From positions 1 through 52,391 of IMG/VR virus record IMGVR_UViG_3300045988_104080: DNA of 52,391 nucleotides; one strand, 5' to 3'. A program made the position numbers and the translations under genes. This DNA comes from a virus. Each line of letters begins with the position of its first letter. The first letter of the stretch is position 1. The notes beneath the pieces were generated by a model. It saw only the letters and a list, made by a program, of their open reading frames with translations, was not told the DNA's origin and did not search any database. Shown here one piece after another: positions 32,124 to 40,051 of the stretch.

Positions 32124-33005
32124 ATGAACGTCAAACTGAACACGCTGCGCCGTGGCGACACCTTCACCCTGGCCGGTATCAACTGGATGGTGCTCAAGGA
32201 GCTTGAGCCTGCCTACTCTGGCGCCGTGCAGAACTACTTCTGCGAGGCCGTGGCCGATCTTTTCCAGGACGCCTTCGACAATGATGGCAACAACAACTGG
32301 AACGGGGCCAGCCTGCGGGAGCGCCTGAATGGCGAGTTCCTGGAGAACCTGGAGAAGGAGCACCCCGGTATCCTGGGGTCCATCGTGCCCACCTACCGCG
32401 ATCTGACCGCTGACGACGGCCTCAACGACTACGGGGCCTGCCTCGATAAGGTGACCATGCTGACGGCGGATGAATACCGGGAGACCCGCGATCTCCACCC
32501 GGCCCCTGAGCACTGGCGCTGGCTCATCACCGCAGATGGGACGCCTGCCAGCTCCGGCACCTCCTACGTGCGCTACGTGAGCTCGGACGGGAGCCTCGGC
32601 TACACCGGCGCGTGCTACGGCACCGGGGGCGTGCGCCCGGCTTTGACCCTGAAATCCGACATCTTGGTATCTGTCGATGACGGGGAAGATCAGCCGGAGG
32701 AGCTGGAGGAGATGTCCCAGGAACAGCGCGAGATGGCGATCTACGAGAAGGCCGTCTCCAAGTGGGGCAAGCGCGCCCAGGCGCTCAAGGCCATCGAGGA
32801 AATGAGCGAGCTGTCGCAGGCGATCTTGAAGCTGGTATTCTTTGAGGACTGCGGCATCGGCGACGAGGAGGCCATCCGGGAGAACATCTCCAAGGAGCGG
32901 GCTGACGTCGAGATCATGCTTAACCAGCTCCACGTCATCTTCGGCGACAACAGCGAGATGGAGTGCAAGTGTTTGGACGACCTGGAAAAACGGCTGGAGG
33001 AATGA
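32124..33005 (+). CDS. DGR target protein 2: lectin-like variable domain fused to a MazG-like all-alpha NTP pyrophosphohydrolase domain
   Basis: 293 aa, RBS GGAGGAAG. The N-terminal domain resembles that of target 1 (GD.F.LAGINWMVL ... WRWL). Contains VR2. C-terminal motifs AIEEMSELSQAILK and ERADVEIMLNQL are MazG/HisE-type. Confidence 0.8.
   Translation: MNVKLNTLRRGDTFTLAGINWMVLKELEPAYSGAVQNYFCEAVADLFQDAFDNDGNNNWNGASLRERLNGEFLENLEKEHPGILGSIVPTYRDLTADDGLNDYGACLDKVTMLTADEYRETRDLHPAPEHWRWLITADGTPASSGTSYVRYVSSDGSLGYTGACYGTGGVRPALTLKSDILVSVDDGEDQPEELEEMSQEQREMAIYEKAVSKWGKRAQALKAIEEMSELSQAILKLVFFEDCGIGDEEAIRENISKERADVEIMLNQLHVIFGDNSEMECKCLDDLEKRLEE
32562..32643 (+). repeat. DGR variable repeat 2 (VR2, remote)
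   Basis: 82 nt aligned without gaps to TR 10648-10729. There are 14 differences, all at TR adenines (14 of 23 A), and none at other bases. Confidence 0.85.
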
Positions 33006-33009
33006 GCCT

Positions 33010-33165
33010 ATGCTAATTGCTGCCCAAATCATCATCGTTGCATTGACCCTGTTCAGCTTCATCTTTGCCTTCGGAGGCAAGACACAGATGGACCGCAGCA
33101 ACGGGTCCAAGGTCACGGCGGCCGGCTTGATTGCCCTGGCGATCTTGGCCGCCTGGGGCGCATGA
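33010..33165 (+). CDS. Small two-TM membrane protein
   Basis: 51 aa, almost entirely hydrophobic (LIAAQIIIVALTLFSFIFAF...AAGLIALAILAAWGA). Confidence 0.45.
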   Translation: MLIAAQIIIVALTLFSFIFAFGGKTQMDRSNGSKVTAAGLIALAILAAWGA

Positions 33166-33371
33166 GCGCCAAAGAGGAGGTCTTCACCATACCCGCCCGC
33201 CGGTGCAAACGGTGTGGAGGAATACTCACGAGTTCCCAGGGACTCAGAGATGGGTACGGGCCTTGCTGCCTGCGGAAGATCAGGCAGGAAGAAGCCGACC
33301 GGAAGATGATGGAGAACCAATGCAGCCTATTTGACATGGTTCCGAAATCGGAACAAAGAGAGGAAAACTAA
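33162..33371 (+). CDS. DUF6011-like zinc-ribbon protein
   Basis: 69 aa. C.RCGG.LTS..G...GYGP.C pattern. Confidence 0.5.
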   Translation: MSAKEEVFTIPARRCKRCGGILTSSQGLRDGYGPCCLRKIRQEEADRKMMENQCSLFDMVPKSEQREEN

Positions 33372-33373
33372 CC

Positions 33374-34189
33374 ATGAGCCTACACAAAAGCAAAATTGAG
33401 TGGTGTACCCACACCTGGAACCCGGTGACCGGGTGCCTGCATGGCTGCCCCTATTGCTACGCCCGGCGATTCACGGACCGGTTCAAGCCGCACCCCTGTG
33501 AGCGCCCAGGCGTCGAGCCGCTGGAGGTGCTGCCGAAGGGGTCCGGGTGCTACTACCTGGAGAGCCCCGTGCAGCTCTATGACGAGACCGGAGCTCACGT
33601 CCGGCCGACGCCGTACCCCAAGGGCTTCGCCCCTACCTACCACGCTTACGCCATGGACCTCCCGGCCAAGCGGGCTATCCCGTCCCGGGTGTTCGTCTCC
33701 AGCATGGGGGACCTGTTCGGGGATTGGGTGCCGGACATCTGGATTCAGGATGTCTTCGACGCCTGCGACAAGGCCCCGCAGCACACCTACCTGTTCCTCA
33801 CCAAGAACCCGCAGCGCTATTGTGACCTGGCAAACGCCGGGAAGCTTCCAAAACGGGACAACTTCTGGTACGGGACCAGCGTGACCGGGAAGGGCGCTCC
33901 CCTATTTGCAACCAGCGTGGACTTCAATACCTTCTTGAGCATCGAACCGCTCATGGAGAACCTGGAAGCCGGTCTTGGTAGCTTTGGAGGTGTCCGGTGG
34001 GTCATCATCGGGGCCATGACGGGCCCGGGAAGCACGCAGCACCAGCCGAAGCGGGAGTGGGTGGAAAACATCGTTGAGGCCGCAGGCCTCACCCGTGCCG
34101 CAGTCTTTATGAAGGACAGCCTGGCACCCATCTGGGGGCCGGACCTCATCAGAGATCACCCGGAGGGCATGGTATGGCCGGAGAAATGA
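33374..34189 (+). CDS. Phage Gp37/Gp68 family (DUF5131) protein
   Basis: 271 aa. The N-terminal KIEWCTHTWNPVTGCLHGCPYCYA is the family hallmark; here the cysteines have CX3CX2C spacing. Confidence 0.75.
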   Translation: MSLHKSKIEWCTHTWNPVTGCLHGCPYCYARRFTDRFKPHPCERPGVEPLEVLPKGSGCYYLESPVQLYDETGAHVRPTPYPKGFAPTYHAYAMDLPAKRAIPSRVFVSSMGDLFGDWVPDIWIQDVFDACDKAPQHTYLFLTKNPQRYCDLANAGKLPKRDNFWYGTSVTGKGAPLFATSVDFNTFLSIEPLMENLEAGLGSFGGVRWVIIGAMTGPGSTQHQPKREWVENIVEAAGLTRAAVFMKDSLAPIWGPDLIRDHPEGMVWPEK

Positions 34190-34353
34190 CGCCTGCACGG
34201 GTGGAGTGCGAGAAATCGGATGACCGGGACCAGCTTGTTGTTATCTTAGCCCGGAACGGGTACACGGTCCGGCAGATCAGAGAGAAGCTGAACCCGAAAG
34301 CATCCAGGTATACCTACTACGTCGAATACTGGAAGGAGGGAAAGCGGGATTGA
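34186..34353 (+). CDS. Small hypothetical protein
   Basis: 55 aa, ATGA overlap with the upstream gene; not in the ORF track (below 60 aa). Translated by hand. Confidence 0.4.
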   Translation: MTPARVECEKSDDRDQLVVILARNGYTVRQIREKLNPKASRYTYYVEYWKEGKRD

Positions 34354-34392
34354 CCGAGAAAAAGGAGCACCGCCCAAAGAAGGAGGACGACC

Positions 34393-34677
34393 ATGAAGAA
34401 AAGAAGCTGCCGTAGAACTGACGTTGAGCAGCAGCAGCACGACCGTGCCATCCGGGTGCGGAAGATGACCGACGCGCAGCTCTGCGATTACCTGGACAGC
34501 CTGGGAGCTGCCCAGGCGGAACCTCAGCCCTCCAAGGAGGAGATTATCACCGCCTTCCTTGAGGCCATCACCATCCGCCGGGATGACGGCCTCCGGGTGA
34601 GCGACGCCACCGTGCGGAAGCTCAAGGACATGGCCCGTAGGGACGGCTTCCTGCCGCCACTGCCGGAGCTCTTTTAG
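34393..34677 (+). CDS. Hypothetical protein
   Basis: 94 aa, RBS GAAGGAGGA. Confidence 0.5.
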   Translation: MKKRSCRRTDVEQQQHDRAIRVRKMTDAQLCDYLDSLGAAQAEPQPSKEEIITAFLEAITIRRDDGLRVSDATVRKLKDMARRDGFLPPLPELF

Positions 34678-34683
34678 AGCATT

Positions 34684-34878
34684 ATGAGTCTGCACAAGCA
34701 GAAGATCACCTTGCGCGTCACCAGCCAGACGGCGTACCACATCAGGCAGACGGCGGATCGCCTGGGTATGACCGAGGGCGAAGTCGTAGACATCCTGGTA
34801 AAGACGATGCAGAAAGGCGGGGGCCTCCAAGGACTCCGGGGCAACGAGCCCAGGAAAAACCATGTTAGGCCGCGCTGA
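34684..34878 (+). CDS. Possible ribbon-helix-helix protein
   Basis: 64 aa. ..KITLRVTSQTAYHIRQTADRLGMTEGEVVDILV.. is RHH-like. Weak RBS. Confidence 0.4.
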   Translation: MSLHKQKITLRVTSQTAYHIRQTADRLGMTEGEVVDILVKTMQKGGGLQGLRGNEPRKNHVRPR

Positions 34879-35161
34879 TGCTGCGGAGCTGGAGCAATAC
34901 CGGAGAGATGAAGCGGCTGGCCTGTTGCTTCATCTCCCGGCGCCCATCGGCTCCCCTGTCTGGCGGGTACGGGATAACCCGGCCTGTCACTACGGGGTCA
35001 GGGAAGCGGAAAAGTTCTTGTTCGGGAAGGTTGAAACACCGCGCCGGATCGCGGAGCAGGTCCCCTTCTCCTTGGCCCTACTGGAGTCGTGGGGGAAAAC
35101 CGTCTTCCTCACCATGGGCGAGGCGAAAGTGCTGCTGGAAAAGGAGGACAAGGAACAATGA
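34862..35161 (+). CDS. Hypothetical protein
   Basis: 99 aa, weak RBS, coupled to the downstream gene (ATGA). Confidence 0.4.
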   Translation: MLGRADAAELEQYRRDEAAGLLLHLPAPIGSPVWRVRDNPACHYGVREAEKFLFGKVETPRRIAEQVPFSLALLESWGKTVFLTMGEAKVLLEKEDKEQ

Positions 35162-35688
35162 CACCAAAGGAACAACTTGCCGCCGCCAGGCGATACGCCG
35201 GTAAGAAGTCAAAGGCCCAGGGGGATTACTTCGAGGCCCTGATTGAGGCCGGGTGCAACTTCTACCGGGAGCGCATGGTGGCAGACATCGAGAAGACGCC
35301 GGAGCCCATGCGGCCGATCAAGGACCTCGGAGGCGGGAAGTTTATTGCCCACTACACCAAGGCGGCCCAGGCAGATTTCAAGGGCTTTCTGTTCGGGGGC
35401 CAGACCGTCATGTTCGAGGCGAAGCACACGGACACCGGGCGGATGGAGCAGGACCGGGTGACGCCGGATCAGGCCGAGCGCCTGGAGCGGGCGAGAGAAT
35501 ACGGAGCGTTGGCTTTTGTCCTCTGCTCGTTCGGATATGCGGGGTTCTACCGGATTCCATGGACCGTATGGCGGGACATGAAGGGGATTTTCGGGCATAA
35601 GTACATCACACCCGAGGAGGTGGCACAGTTCGAGGTCCACATTGGAGGCCCCGGGGTGCTGCTGTTCCTTGGAAATGTGGAGGGATAG
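35158..35688 (+). CDS. recU: RecU-like Holliday junction resolvase
   Basis: 176 aa. ..QADFKGFLFGGQTVMFEAKHT.. and ..ALAFVLCSF.. fit the RecU core (D...E.K). Confidence 0.65.
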   Translation: MTPKEQLAAARRYAGKKSKAQGDYFEALIEAGCNFYRERMVADIEKTPEPMRPIKDLGGGKFIAHYTKAAQADFKGFLFGGQTVMFEAKHTDTGRMEQDRVTPDQAERLERAREYGALAFVLCSFGYAGFYRIPWTVWRDMKGIFGHKYITPEEVAQFEVHIGGPGVLLFLGNVEG

Positions 35689-35691
35689 TGA

Positions 35692-35961
35692 ATGAGCCTG
35701 TCTTCAAGCGAAAAGGTCAGGAGGAACGCTGCCCGCCTAAAAAGGTGTGAGCTGCACCGGTTTGAACCAGAGGAAGACCTCTTGAGAGCCAAGAAAAGGC
35801 GAGAGGAAACCGGCGTTTACATCCCGGTCCCTTTAAGGACATACGTTATTTGCAGATGCAAAAACTGTGGTGGGAAGATGCTGTGGCTTTATGCCGCCCC
35901 GTATATGGACGGAGTACGAGCATCCAAAAAACAAGGAGGACATTATGGAGAAAATGAGTAA
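35692..35961 (+). CDS. Hypothetical protein (CxxC motif)
   Basis: 89 aa, RBS GGAGGGA. Confidence 0.45.
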   Translation: MSLSSSEKVRRNAARLKRCELHRFEPEEDLLRAKKRREETGVYIPVPLRTYVICRCKNCGGKMLWLYAAPYMDGVRASKKQGGHYGENE

Positions 35962-36367
35962 CCGTGAGATCATCGAGTGGTTGAATGACTTAGCGGAGCG
36001 GGCCCGGTCCGCCTACATCAAGACCGGGGACGACGTCGCCCGTAAGGACAACGACTGCATTATGGAGGCCATCAGCATCATCGGCCGCGCCAACGAGCAG
36101 AGCCGTGACGCGGATCGGGGCGACACCTGCCGCGCTTCCGCAGGTGCCTTTGACGGCGATGTCTGCCTTATGGCAGAGTTCAAGGCCCTGGTGGACCGGA
36201 AGCAGCAGAGCGTGAAGACCGCGCCGGTGGCAACTCCTCTGCTGACCTGCATGGCCCCTGGGCTGCGGGGAGCTATCCCTATGGCGATGAAGGCGGCGGA
36301 GCAGGAAGCGGACCTTCTCAAGAAAGTCTACATTCGCCTCTGGCAGCTCATGGAGGAGACAAAATGA
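35945..36367 (+). CDS. Hypothetical protein
   Basis: 140 aa from ATG 35945 (RBS AGGAGGA). Confidence 0.5.
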   Translation: MEKMSNREIIEWLNDLAERARSAYIKTGDDVARKDNDCIMEAISIIGRANEQSRDADRGDTCRASAGAFDGDVCLMAEFKALVDRKQQSVKTAPVATPLLTCMAPGLRGAIPMAMKAAEQEADLLKKVYIRLWQLMEETK

Positions 36368-36618
36368 GCGCCCGCCGGGAGAAGCGCATCCGGGCGCTGG
36401 AGCGCCGGGTGCAGAAACTTGAGGTCATGGCTTCGGCCGGATTCCTGGAATCCAACCTGCGGGAGGAACTGGCGAAGGTCAACAACCGGCCCGAGAACGC
36501 ATGGTGGTGTAGAACCCCGACCGTTAACATTCCGCAGGATGCAGAGCATCGGCAGGCCCCACGCCGGACTGTCCGGCAGCGGATCAAGGATTTTTTCGTG
36601 GGAGGTAATCAGAAATGA
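36364..36618 (+). CDS. Hypothetical basic protein
   Basis: 84 aa, ATGA overlap, RBS GGAGGAG. Confidence 0.5.
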   Translation: MSARREKRIRALERRVQKLEVMASAGFLESNLREELAKVNNRPENAWWCRTPTVNIPQDAEHRQAPRRTVRQRIKDFFVGGNQK

Positions 36619-37100
36619 AACAGTACATCGGAACCAAGCTGATTGAGGCAGAGCCCGCCTATCGCTGCACTGACGGCAGCGGCAAGGTCGTCATCACGAC
36701 GAGCCCGGAGGACGCTTTCCCCAATTACCCCGGAGTCGAGGAGGGCTACCGCATCCGCTACCCGGACGGGTATGTCTCCTGGAGCCCGAAGGAGACTTTC
36801 GAGAAGGCCTATCTCCCCCTGAACATCAACGAGGAGCTGGGCACCAGCGCCCCGAGCATCGGGGCCAAGATGGTGGACGACTTCATCTTGGAGACCTGGA
36901 CCACAACCCTGGGGGACAAAACCACCGTGGTCCGGGCGATGCTCAAGAACGGCTTTGAGCTGGTCGAGGCCTCCGCCTGCGTCAGCAAGGAGAATTACAG
37001 CGAACCCATGGGCAAGGAAATCTGCATGGGTAAGATCAGAGACCGCGTCTGGCAGCTCCTTGGCTTCCTGCTCCAGACGGCCGTGAACGGCGTGAAGTGA
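36615..37100 (+). CDS. Gp49-like (N4 gp49 / Sf6 gp66 family) protein
   Basis: 161 aa. C-terminal ..GDKTTVVRAMLKNGFELVEASACVSKENYSEPMGKEICMGKIRDRVWQLLGFLL.. matches that family pattern. Confidence 0.6.
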   Translation: MKQYIGTKLIEAEPAYRCTDGSGKVVITTSPEDAFPNYPGVEEGYRIRYPDGYVSWSPKETFEKAYLPLNINEELGTSAPSIGAKMVDDFILETWTTTLGDKTTVVRAMLKNGFELVEASACVSKENYSEPMGKEICMGKIRDRVWQLLGFLLQTAVNGVK

Positions 37101-37387
37101 GCTGCTACGGCTGCGCCTGCGACCGGTGTGTCTACAATGCGGAGCTGGAATCCTGGTACTTTACCCCGGGTGAGGTCCAGGACGTCGAGGACATCTGCTA
37201 CTGCTGCGACGAGTGCAAGAACTATGACGGGGACTACACCAAGAAAAGCCAGTGGCGCCCGGAGTGCGAAAAGCGGAAGCTGCCCTGTAAGTACATCGAG
37301 ATGCAGCGCAGGACGGCGGAGCGGGCCGAGAAGGTAGCTGCTACCAAGAGAAAGAACTTCACGATTATCAAGGGCGGCCGGAGCTGA
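37097..37387 (+). CDS. Cys-rich hypothetical protein
   Basis: 96 aa, GTG start overlapping the upstream stop. Motifs CYGCACDRC ... CYCCDEC. Confidence 0.45.
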   Translation: MSCYGCACDRCVYNAELESWYFTPGEVQDVEDICYCCDECKNYDGDYTKKSQWRPECEKRKLPCKYIEMQRRTAERAEKVAATKRKNFTIIKGGRS

Positions 37388-37474
37388 CCGAAGGTAACAA
37401 AAAAGAGCCGCCTCCCCCGAAGGGGTGACAGCCCGTGACTATTGCTATCATACCACGGAGGAGGCGACTTTTCA

Positions 37475-37981
37475 ATGGGAAATCGAAAGGAACTTGAGGA
37501 CATTATCAAACTGGCGGTAGAGGCTGGCCGCATCTCTGCGGAGCGGTCTGCCAAAGACGCCTACAAGGCCACGGAGCGCCGCCTCTACGCGCTCCCTATC
37601 CTTCGACGCAAGCTGGCCGATGACAAGGAGCGTCTGGAGGAAATCAGGCAGTACGGGCCCAGAGAGCGGAGCAAGAGCATTACTCGCTTCTCGAAGTCCG
37701 GGGTGCGCCTGTCGCCCGAGGAAATCTTCGAGGCGGTTGTTATGGACATGGAGGCCACCATCGCGGCCGATCAGTATGAGATCGACGCCATGGACAAGGC
37801 CCTATCTGTCATCCAGGAAGACGAATACTACCTGACCGTAACCGGCAGGTACCTGGATGATCTGCCAGACGAGCGTGTTGCAGAGCTCATCCCGTGCGAC
37901 ACGAGCACTGTTTGGCGAAACCGGAAGCGCCTGGTGCAGCGCCTCGCGGTATGGCTTTATGGAGCCGACGCCACGAAGTAG
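37475..37981 (+). CDS. Sigma-70 region-4-like / ArpU-RinA-type late transcription regulator
   Basis: 168 aa from ATG 37475 (RBS GGAGGAGG). C-terminal HTH ..RVAELIPCDTSTVWRNRKRLVQRLAVWL... It is the last gene before the late operon. Confidence 0.55.
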   Translation: MGNRKELEDIIKLAVEAGRISAERSAKDAYKATERRLYALPILRRKLADDKERLEEIRQYGPRERSKSITRFSKSGVRLSPEEIFEAVVMDMEATIAADQYEIDAMDKALSVIQEDEYYLTVTGRYLDDLPDERVAELIPCDTSTVWRNRKRLVQRLAVWLYGADATK

Positions 37982-37984
37982 CGG

Positions 37985-38027
37985 GTGCAATTTACCGGTG
38001 CAAAAATCGTGCAATAGACGGGTGCAA
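37985..38027 (+). promoter_or_regulatory. Array of four direct GTGCAA hexamers (putative regulator binding sites)
   Basis: GTGCAA at 37985, 37998, 38009 and 38022 (spacing 13/11/13 nt). CGGGTGCAATTTACC occurs twice. Confidence 0.5.
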
Positions 38028-38036
38028 TTTACCTGT

Positions 38037-38045
38037 GTTATAATG
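38037..38045 (+). promoter_or_regulatory. Extended -10 promoter element
   Basis: TGTTATAAT directly downstream of the GTGCAA array. Confidence 0.45.
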
Positions 38046-38156
38046 CAACACAATGAGGTAATGTGTTTAGGGGGTTTCAGCTCCTCCCGTCTTTGTGCTG
38101 ATTTGGCGGTAAATCCAAAATAAGTTACAAAAACTTTCGATTTTTTGTTGAAAGCT

Positions 38157-38185
38157 GTGACAAGGATTCCGAAAAGTGGTATAAT
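38157..38185 (+). promoter_or_regulatory. Late-operon promoter
   Basis: GTGACA, 17-nt spacer, TATAAT with an upstream TGg (extended -10). Confidence 0.7.
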
Positions 38186-38221
38186 ATGAGTGGGAAATAC
38201 TAACCAAAGGAGCGAAACGCC

Positions 38222-38707
38222 ATGAAAAAGATTTGCCTTTTAGACCTCAACTACACCCTGGTTGGGAACCAGGCGGAGACCCGGATGCTCCGGCCCTTCG
38301 CCCGCCGCATGGAGGCGGAGGAGTACCGGCTCGACCTGATCGACGCCATCAAGGATGACTATGTCATCATTGTCACAGCGAGACCGGACTACCAGATGCG
38401 GCAGACGATGGAGAACATCCGCCGAAAGACTGGATGGCAGCCGGACGAGTGGTACTTCAACGACATCAACGCAGAGCCCCCCGTCTTCAAGGAGAGCGCC
38501 CTTCGCCGCTTCATCTTCCCGAAGCACGGCCTCCAGATGGGGCCGGAGGGGACCTACTATTACGCCGTTGAGAGCAACCCGAAGACCAGGACGATGTATA
38601 ACCGGTTCGGAATCAAGGGGCAGCCCTACGACGTCTTCATGCGGAGCGTGAGGCCGGAGGCGGCCGTGGCTCCGCAGCCTACCTACTGCCAGGTAAGTCT
38701 ATTCTGA
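38222..38707 (+). CDS. HAD-like hydrolase-fold protein
   Basis: 161 aa, RBS AAAGGAG. Motif-I-like LLDLNYTLV and motif-II-like IIVTARP; the second Asp of DxD is Asn. Confidence 0.4.
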   Translation: MKKICLLDLNYTLVGNQAETRMLRPFARRMEAEEYRLDLIDAIKDDYVIIVTARPDYQMRQTMENIRRKTGWQPDEWYFNDINAEPPVFKESALRRFIFPKHGLQMGPEGTYYYAVESNPKTRTMYNRFGIKGQPYDVFMRSVRPEAAVAPQPTYCQVSLF

Positions 38708-38778
38708 ATACTGCCCACCAGCGGGACGCGAAAGCGCCCCGCTTTTTTCATGCCAAAATCAAGAAAGGAGAGAGATGA

Positions 38779-39387
38779 TTGAGAACCCAGACCATCAAAC
38801 TGGCCGACATCAAGCCGGCCGAATACAACCCACGGGTGACTTTGACTGAGAAAGATCACGAATACAAGGCCCTGTCGGCCAGCATCGAGGACAACGGCCT
38901 GGTCCTTCCTCTGGTGGTAAATCTCCGGGACAACGTCCTCATCAGCGGACACCAGCGCCTCAACGTGCTGCTGGCATCTGGTGAGACGGAGACTGAGGCG
39001 GTCGTGGTTGACATGGACCCGGCACAGGCGAAGGCTCTGTGCATCGCTATGAACAAGCTCGACGGCGAATGGGACAACGGCAGTCTTGCAGACCTCCTTC
39101 AGGAGCTCCAGGACGAAAGTGCGGACCTCCTGGGCACCGGCTTCACCCGCCAGGAGATCGACGAGCTGTTGGGGGACATCGGGGGCGCGGACGATGATGA
39201 CGACCCGCCTACCACTGACAAGAAGAAGGACGACAAGGAGGGCATCAAGTGCATCGTCGGAGACTATACCTTCCGCCTGACCGAAGATGAGTTCGCAGAC
39301 CTCATGGTGGACGTGCGTGAAGCGGTGGGCTTTACGCAGGAGCTCATCTGTGCGGAGCTGAAAAGGAGGCTGTTCGATGCGGTATAA
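38779..39387 (+). CDS. ParB N-terminal-domain (ParB/Srx-like) protein, paralogue 1
   Basis: 202 aa, TTG start after AAAGGAGAG. ..IKPAEYNPR.., ..ISGHQRLNV.., an acidic linker, and a C-terminal module IVGDYTFRL...ELKRRL. Confidence 0.75.
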   Translation: MRTQTIKLADIKPAEYNPRVTLTEKDHEYKALSASIEDNGLVLPLVVNLRDNVLISGHQRLNVLLASGETETEAVVVDMDPAQAKALCIAMNKLDGEWDNGSLADLLQELQDESADLLGTGFTRQEIDELLGDIGGADDDDDPPTTDKKKDDKEGIKCIVGDYTFRLTEDEFADLMVDVREAVGFTQELICAELKRRLFDAV

Positions 39388-40051
39388 GACCATCTATAAA
39401 ACCTTGCCGTTGGCGGAGATCGTCGAGTGCCCGTATAACCCCCGTGTTTCCATCGAGAGAGACACGCCGGAGTATGAGGCTCTGCGCCGCAGCCTGGAGC
39501 AGCATGAGGTGGTGGAGCCCCTGGTGGTGAACATCCACAACATGAGGTGCGTGGGTGGAAATCAGCGCCTCGCGGTCATGCGGGACATGGGGATCACCGA
39601 GGCCCTGTGCTCCATCATCGACCAGCCCGATGAGGTCCAGGAGAAGAAGCTCTGCCTGGCCCTGAACCGGATAGACGGCCGGTGGGACACCGACAAGCTG
39701 GGCGATCTGCTGCGGGACGACGGCGTCCTGGAGTGGGAGACCGGCTTCGACGAGGCGGAGGTCCGTCTATACCGGCAGCTTGATGATGCCCAGGAGCCGG
39801 ATGCCGACGACGACACCGAAGACCTGGACGACCTGGAGGACGAAGACCAGGAGGAGCCCGAGCCGGAAGACGAAGAAGATGCGCCCGAGGAGGGCACGGT
39901 CAATACCACGGTCATCCGCATCGGCCACTATTCCTTCAAGGTTGAGTATTCTGCCTACAAGCGTCTGGTGGACACCATCATGGATGACGGCGTTTTCTCT
40001 GGACCGGACATCGAGGCGGAGATCAAGAGGAGGCTGTTGGAAAATGATTGA
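39377..40051 (+). CDS. ParB N-terminal-domain protein, paralogue 2
   Basis: 224 aa. ..VECPYNPR.., ..VGGNQRLAV.., about 40 aa of Asp/Glu-rich linker, and a C-terminal module IGHYSFKV...EIKRRL paralogous to the previous gene. Confidence 0.75.
   Translation: MRYKTIYKTLPLAEIVECPYNPRVSIERDTPEYEALRRSLEQHEVVEPLVVNIHNMRCVGGNQRLAVMRDMGITEALCSIIDQPDEVQEKKLCLALNRIDGRWDTDKLGDLLRDDGVLEWETGFDEAEVRLYRQLDDAQEPDADDDTEDLDDLEDEDQEEPEPEDEEDAPEEGTVNTTVIRIGHYSFKVEYSAYKRLVDTIMDDGVFSGPDIEAEIKRRLLEND

Noticed and set aside
32537-32561. Possible 5' extension of VR2 to the full 107-nt TR length.
   Set aside because: Alignment to TR 10623-10647 shows many mismatches at non-adenine positions, so only 32562-32643 behaves as a VR.
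38046-38156. A small protein or sRNA gene between the two late-region promoters.
   Set aside because: No ORF with an RBS is present, and only weak hairpins (CTTTC...GAAAG) are visible. An sRNA cannot be supported from sequence alone; the possibility is noted in the GTGCAA-array finding.
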